In this document: piece by piece, positions 59,860 to 64,000 of the stretch
Position numbering within the stretch: the first letter of the stretch is position 1
Layout of the letters: each line of letters begins with the position of its first letter
Source of the DNA: a virus
Reading direction: 5' to 3' (one strand)
IMG/VR virus record: IMGVR_UViG_3300026512_000003
Location: 1 to 64,000 of that record
Length of the DNA: 64,000 nucleotides
Program-made: the position numbers and the translations under genes
Notes under the pieces: generated by a model
What the model saw: the letters and a program-made list of their open reading frames with translations, nothing else
Databases searched by the model: none
What the model was told of the DNA's origin: nothing

Positions 59860-60454
59860 TAGCGATGGCACTATAGAACACTTTAAGAAAAAATTCTCTT
59901 CTTCTTTACCACCCTCTGAGCTTGAATATCTTTTGTTCAAGGGGTTTAATAATGCAAAAGCTACTTTTGACGCTTCAAAAGGGGCAGGATTTGCAACCCA
60001 TTTATCTAATCATTTACAAAGACTTTACAGGGACGCAGAGTCAACAAAAAGCTCATTAAAGACAAGCGAGGGTTCTTTATTAAAAGACAATAAAGTTCTC
60101 CGTGCGAAAGATGAACTATATATGCGTTTTGGGACTGAGCCTTCAAATGAAGAAATCGCTAAACATTTAAAAATGCCTCTGAAGGACATTTCAAAGTCAC
60201 TACGAAATTCAGGAAGACAAAATGTTAAAGTTAAAGAGTATAAAAGCAAGCAAATACAAATAGATGTACCTACTCTTTTACCTTCAATTAAAAAAGATGA
60301 GCAAAAAATAGCAGATACAATTGCTAAAGGCATGAACCTGCAGCAAAGTCTTAAGCATACAGGTATGTCTAAGAGTGAGTTTTATCGACAGCAAGGCACA
60401 TTTAAAGATAAGCTTAGGCAATCATACTTACGAACAGCCGAAAGGGAGAGTTAA
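59834..60454 (+). CDS. Sigma70-family RNA polymerase sigma factor (regions 2-4; start uncertain)
   Basis: Region 2 FDASKGAGFATHL (cf. FDPxRGxKFSTYA); region 3 ELYMRFGTEPSNEEIAKHLKM; region 4-like HTH GMNLQQSLKHTGMSKSEFYR. Confidence 0.75.
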   Translation: MVETLQTYNSDGTIEHFKKKFSSSLPPSELEYLLFKGFNNAKATFDASKGAGFATHLSNHLQRLYRDAESTKSSLKTSEGSLLKDNKVLRAKDELYMRFGTEPSNEEIAKHLKMPLKDISKSLRNSGRQNVKVKEYKSKQIQIDVPTLLPSIKKDEQKIADTIAKGMNLQQSLKHTGMSKSEFYRQQGTFKDKLRQSYLRTAERES

Positions 60455-60913
60455 ATGATAGCAAAAGTTTTTGCCAATCCCAACTTCGGGTCAATAAAAT
60501 TACAAGAACAAGAGGATATCCTTGTTAGAATTAATGAATACTTTTATTCTATAGAAGAACTTTTTCTCTCAATCAAGAATCAGATTACATCAAAAGGATT
60601 TGTTATGGCACAAATAGAGTTAGAGCAGGCTTCAAGTTATCATGATATAATGGAAGTGTCCGAAAGAAACATAGTAAAAATTAATACTTTTTTGCAAAAT
60701 TTAGATGCAACACTTCAGGATAACTATCTTTTATCAAAAGAAATACTTCAGACAACCAAAGTTGATTATGTTAATGGTATGGGAATAGGCTCTATTTCTG
60801 TGTCAGAAAAAACTATTACTATTAATCCCAATGCAAACACGGTAGTTGTACTAAATGAAGATGGAATAACTATCGACAAAGATGGGGTAACAAAAGAAGT
60901 TTCCTATGATTAA
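60455..60913 (+). CDS. Hypothetical protein, C-terminal beta-strand repeats
   Basis: GGAG RBS; SISVSEKTITI...VVVLNEDGITI. Confidence 0.65.
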   Translation: MIAKVFANPNFGSIKLQEQEDILVRINEYFYSIEELFLSIKNQITSKGFVMAQIELEQASSYHDIMEVSERNIVKINTFLQNLDATLQDNYLLSKEILQTTKVDYVNGMGIGSISVSEKTITINPNANTVVVLNEDGITIDKDGVTKEVSYD

Positions 60914-61667
60914 AATTGGTGTAAAAAAATTAACGAATTCCAGTTTTGAAGTTGTTCTAAAAGAAGATTTTGATTATTCGGAAGTGAAAATTTATCTCAA
61001 AGTGAAGGAATTTGAAGATTTTATTCCATTTGGAAGATGTAAAACAAATGGAGAACATGAAGCTGGGTTATCATTAAAAGATGGTGTTTTTAAAATTAAT
61101 GTCACTAGTTTAATTTTTGAAGACATCTATGATAAAGTGTTTTATTTTGCCTTCTTTGATGATAGTGGTGATTTAATAGACGCTAGCGAGCATTTTAAGG
61201 TGTTTCCTGAGGTTAATAAGGCACTCAAAGGTGTTTCCAATAAACTTAGACATGATTTTGAAATATCATCTAAGTTTTCAGGTGTATTTCTTCAGCTGTA
61301 TATTCCTAATCTATTAGAAGCAAAATGTGCTAAGTGTTGGGATTATGAGTTGGAGCAAAAAATATCTTCAAAATGTGATTGCCAAGGAGAAAGATACTTT
61401 AAAGTTCCTTTCTTATCTAAAAAGACAAAAACTCAAACATCTCAGGTATTCGAAAAAAGTGGTCAAGTAACTAGAGAGGTTGTACTATTTCAGACTTATG
61501 CTAGACTTGATTTCACAAAAGGTCTTTTTATCAAAGATCCAACCAATGGTGAATATTTTGAAATACAAGACAGAACAGTTGCAAATATTGGTGGGAACAG
61601 AACCTCAACAGTTCTTCAGTTAACTACTCTAAATGCAAATGACATCAGAATAGCTAACTTAATTTAA
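60906..61667 (+). CDS. Putative neck/head-closure protein
   Basis: CAKCWD...SKCDC followed by a beta-barrel-like C-terminus (GEYFEIQD). Confidence 0.45.
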   Translation: MIKIGVKKLTNSSFEVVLKEDFDYSEVKIYLKVKEFEDFIPFGRCKTNGEHEAGLSLKDGVFKINVTSLIFEDIYDKVFYFAFFDDSGDLIDASEHFKVFPEVNKALKGVSNKLRHDFEISSKFSGVFLQLYIPNLLEAKCAKCWDYELEQKISSKCDCQGERYFKVPFLSKKTKTQTSQVFEKSGQVTREVVLFQTYARLDFTKGLFIKDPTNGEYFEIQDRTVANIGGNRTSTVLQLTTLNANDIRIANLI

Positions 61668-63287
61668 AATCATTTCAACAACCTTAGCTGTGTTTTTTTG
61701 ATTTGATAATGAAGATTTACAACCTTCCATCGTAGTGTAACTTGATGCTATGTGGTTAAGAACAAAAGAAATAATTCTACATAGGTATAAATCAGGCTGG
61801 CGTTTCTTTAATAATCGTACAGTATTTTTACTACTCTTTGTTAAGTTATGCTCCATATTCTTAAAAATAGACTTTGAGTTTATAAAGAGGATTTTGTTCT
61901 CAACAAATACAAAGTATTGAACAATGTTAAAAAAAGCATCTTGTGTAATACTTGTGTTATCACTAACATGAGAAATACATAGCTGATACTCTATTTTAAA
62001 AATAGTGCATACTATACAAGAAATTATCTCAGATAACAGTTTTTTTTCAGGTGCTTTAAGAATAGTAGAAAGTACCTTTATGCGGCTACTATTACCTACC
62101 GGCTTCTTTCTAAATTTTTTATTGATTAGCTCTTGACTGAATCTAGAGTTAGTGCCATCGCTTAAGTGAATACAGTTATGAGTGAAGTCAAACTCAAAAG
62201 AACCTGAGTGTCCACTAAATATATTGGATAATTTAGTAGATGCAATCTGAGCAATTTTTTTATCACATATTTTAAGGGGAGAGTTGCGAAATAATTTTCT
62301 AAAAAAAGAATTTTTTTTGAGTTTACGGGCTGCATTTCTCGAGGTAATCGTTCTATTGTTATTTAACTTATCAAACACTTTTCCGTCAGAGAAAGCATAT
62401 AGGCTTAGAATCGCATTTTTTTCTTTGTCAGGGATATGAATGTGTTCTAATTCATCAGGAGATACATAGCTTAGTAATTCTACGGGAATATTAGTAGGAT
62501 GTATAGTTGCTTCTTTTATGAAATTTCGTAATGTAGAGATACTTAAGAATTCTCTGTTCTTGTACAATAATTCAGATAAAGGAATATCATTAAAGTGAGT
62601 GTCTATATATTGTGCAAGTTCGTTACAAAGAATAATTTTTCTGAGTATACTAACAGTAATACTCTTTGAAAAGATTATTTGCTTCGCAAAGGTTGATGAT
62701 AATTCAAAATACAATGTTTCTATAGAACCAACAAAAATAATATTCTCCCTTTTTGAGGAAGTCGCTTTTACGCTCTTTTGTATGTGTAAAGCTTTTTCTT
62801 TCGGATTAAACCTAAAAGGTCTTGCTTTGTACCCGCTCATTAGAAGAATTTCGGATGATTTTCCGTTTGTAACGGAAGCAAAACCTATTGGCAACCCTTC
62901 GTAATTATGCATTATTATATATGTGGTGTTCTTTCTGAAAACACCATTATTTAGAAATTCTACAGAAAATGTTTTTGTCGAAAAATAGACATCTTTTTCT
63001 ATTTTTTTCAAAGAGTTGTCATATATAAGAGTCCCTATTAACTCATTCCAATTGTAATGTTTAGCATTTGGGATAGAACATTTTAGGTACTTATGTCGCA
63101 TAGAATTAAAAATTCTTTTTTCTTGAAGAAGGTCCTCGAAGGCAAATCTAATTCCTTTGAAGTCAAGCAAAGATCTTAAATTATCTGTCTTAAATCCTTC
63201 TTCGGTTTCAAAAACTCCATTCCTGTATACAACTGTAATGTCAAAGAAATCAGTAATCAAAGAAACTTCTGTTTGAGTGAATAACAT
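61659..63287 (-). CDS. Hypothetical protein, weak DnaG-primase-like segment
   Basis: ATG 63287 follows AAGGA; YIIMHNYEGLPIGFAS resembles DnaG IIFPIxxxxGxxIGFxGR. Confidence 0.6.
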   Translation of the reverse strand: MLFTQTEVSLITDFFDITVVYRNGVFETEEGFKTDNLRSLLDFKGIRFAFEDLLQEKRIFNSMRHKYLKCSIPNAKHYNWNELIGTLIYDNSLKKIEKDVYFSTKTFSVEFLNNGVFRKNTTYIIMHNYEGLPIGFASVTNGKSSEILLMSGYKARPFRFNPKEKALHIQKSVKATSSKRENIIFVGSIETLYFELSSTFAKQIIFSKSITVSILRKIILCNELAQYIDTHFNDIPLSELLYKNREFLSISTLRNFIKEATIHPTNIPVELLSYVSPDELEHIHIPDKEKNAILSLYAFSDGKVFDKLNNNRTITSRNAARKLKKNSFFRKLFRNSPLKICDKKIAQIASTKLSNIFSGHSGSFEFDFTHNCIHLSDGTNSRFSQELINKKFRKKPVGNSSRIKVLSTILKAPEKKLLSEIISCIVCTIFKIEYQLCISHVSDNTSITQDAFFNIVQYFVFVENKILFINSKSIFKNMEHNLTKSSKNTVRLLKKRQPDLYLCRIISFVLNHIASSYTTMEGCKSSLSNQKNTAKVVEMILN

Positions 63288-63288
63288 T

Positions 63289-63537
63289 CTATAATCCTTG
63301 TTGAAGTTTATCAACCATGTCCATAACATCTCTAGAGTCAGACTTATTAACAGCAAGTAGTCCACCTTTTATCAAAGCTAAAGCAGAGTATATTTTATCT
63401 TCTTTTGCTTTTCTAAACCGTGCTACTAATAAATTATTGTAGCAAGAGGATTGAAAACTATCGGCTGGTGGTGTCACTAAACTATCAATATATTTATAGC
63501 CCCAAATAGCTACTGCTGGGGCTGTTCTAGCAAAAAA
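63289..63537 (-). CDS. -1 frame extension of the tail-chaperone-like gene (GT-type product)
   Basis: Frame opens right after a TGA at 63540-63538, exactly at the T6 run: FFARTAPAVAIWGYKYIDSLVTPP...QQGL*; no RBS before GTG 63477. Confidence 0.65.
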   Translation of the reverse strand, partial: FFARTAPAVAIWGYKYIDSLVTPPADSFQSSCYNNLLVARFRKAKEDKIYSALALIKGGLLAVNKSDSRDVMDMVDKLQQGL

Positions 63538-63968
63538 TCAGTCAGTCCTGGATGAAGAAGAAGATGTGAAATTCTCCAAAAATCAACACTTTGTTGGATA
63601 ATCATTGTAATTTTGGCATCAGACATAGCGTATAAAAATTGAAATTTATCCTCTATTTCCATTTCTGACAAATCATCACCATCAATTTCAACAAGAGCAT
63701 ATGATAAGTTTCGAATTTGAGTGAGTGTTTCATATTGTTTTTCTGTAATTGGATCAACCATCAACCTTCTAACATATTCTAAATAATCAGTAAAATCATT
63801 AATAGTTTTGCTTCTAAGAGTGAAAGTACTACCAAATGGTAACTTATATGATTTTTCAAAATATCCTAAAGGGGATAAGACTTCTCTAGCTGCTTTTATG
63901 ACATCTTCTTCGTCTACTTCTAAGTTAGATACTGCTAACTCAAAAGGTTGTTCACTAATCTCATCCAT
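63510..63968 (-). CDS. Tail assembly chaperone-like protein (may start beyond the window edge)
   Basis: Acidic; FTLRS...LSYALVEIDG pattern; frame stays open to 64000. Confidence 0.6.
   Translation of the reverse strand: MDEISEQPFELAVSNLEVDEEDVIKAAREVLSPLGYFEKSYKLPFGSTFTLRSKTINDFTDYLEYVRRLMVDPITEKQYETLTQIRNLSYALVEIDGDDLSEMEIEDKFQFLYAMSDAKITMIIQQSVDFWRISHLLLHPGLTDFLLEQPQQ
63531..63537 (-). other. Slippery heptamer T TTT TTG (programmed -1 frameshift)
   Basis: GAT TTT TTG six codons before the stop; correct X XXY YYZ phase. Confidence 0.7.
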
Positions 63969-64000
63969 AAGTTCCTTATAGCGTTCTTCGTCTGTTCTCG

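Noticed and set aside
1476-60333. Many 60-140 aa minus-strand ORFs and nested plus-strand ORFs (e.g. 6878, 9182, 11359, 30914, 50092)
   Set aside because: Shadow frames of longer genes, with no RBS and the F/S/L-rich composition expected from antisense of A-rich codons.
1-64000. Stop-codon reassignment
   Set aside because: Code 11 gives dense, coupled, full-length ORFs, and TAA, TAG and TGA all end genes.

Overview
AT-rich segment of a large tailed dsDNA phage genome, with no cellular housekeeping context. A Campylobacterota host is inferred from AAGGA Shine-Dalgarno sites and TGnTATAAT promoters with phased T-tracts and no -35. Layout: (1) 1-3.8 kb, small early/accessory ORFs including a degenerate dUTPase. 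(2) 3.9-20 kb, portal, small basic Cys-free proteins, lectin-like proteins, a VRR-NUC nuclease, a fibre cassette array with a DUF285/BspA-repeat gene, and a head-tail adaptor. (3) 20.3-24.5 kb, a 1411-aa RNA polymerase that fuses a bacterial-type beta to the N-terminal half of beta', ends just after NADYDGD, has no cysteine and lacks the beta' Zn finger. (4) 24.6-54 kb, a block of very large orphan ORFs. (5) 54.4-61.7 kb, terminase, scaffold-like, decoration and major capsid genes, a KxA-repeat protein, a sigma70-family factor and a neck protein. (6) A minus-strand end with a tail-chaperone-like gene carrying a TTTTTTG -1 frameshift site. The best candidate for a new system is a virion-packaged, sigma-dependent split RNA polymerase (beta-beta'N fusion plus phage sigma), delivered with Cys-free basic head proteins marked by a hydrophobic-x-K-x-A motif, while late genes appear to use host-type promoters. 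All product calls come from motif recognition by eye; no searches were run.
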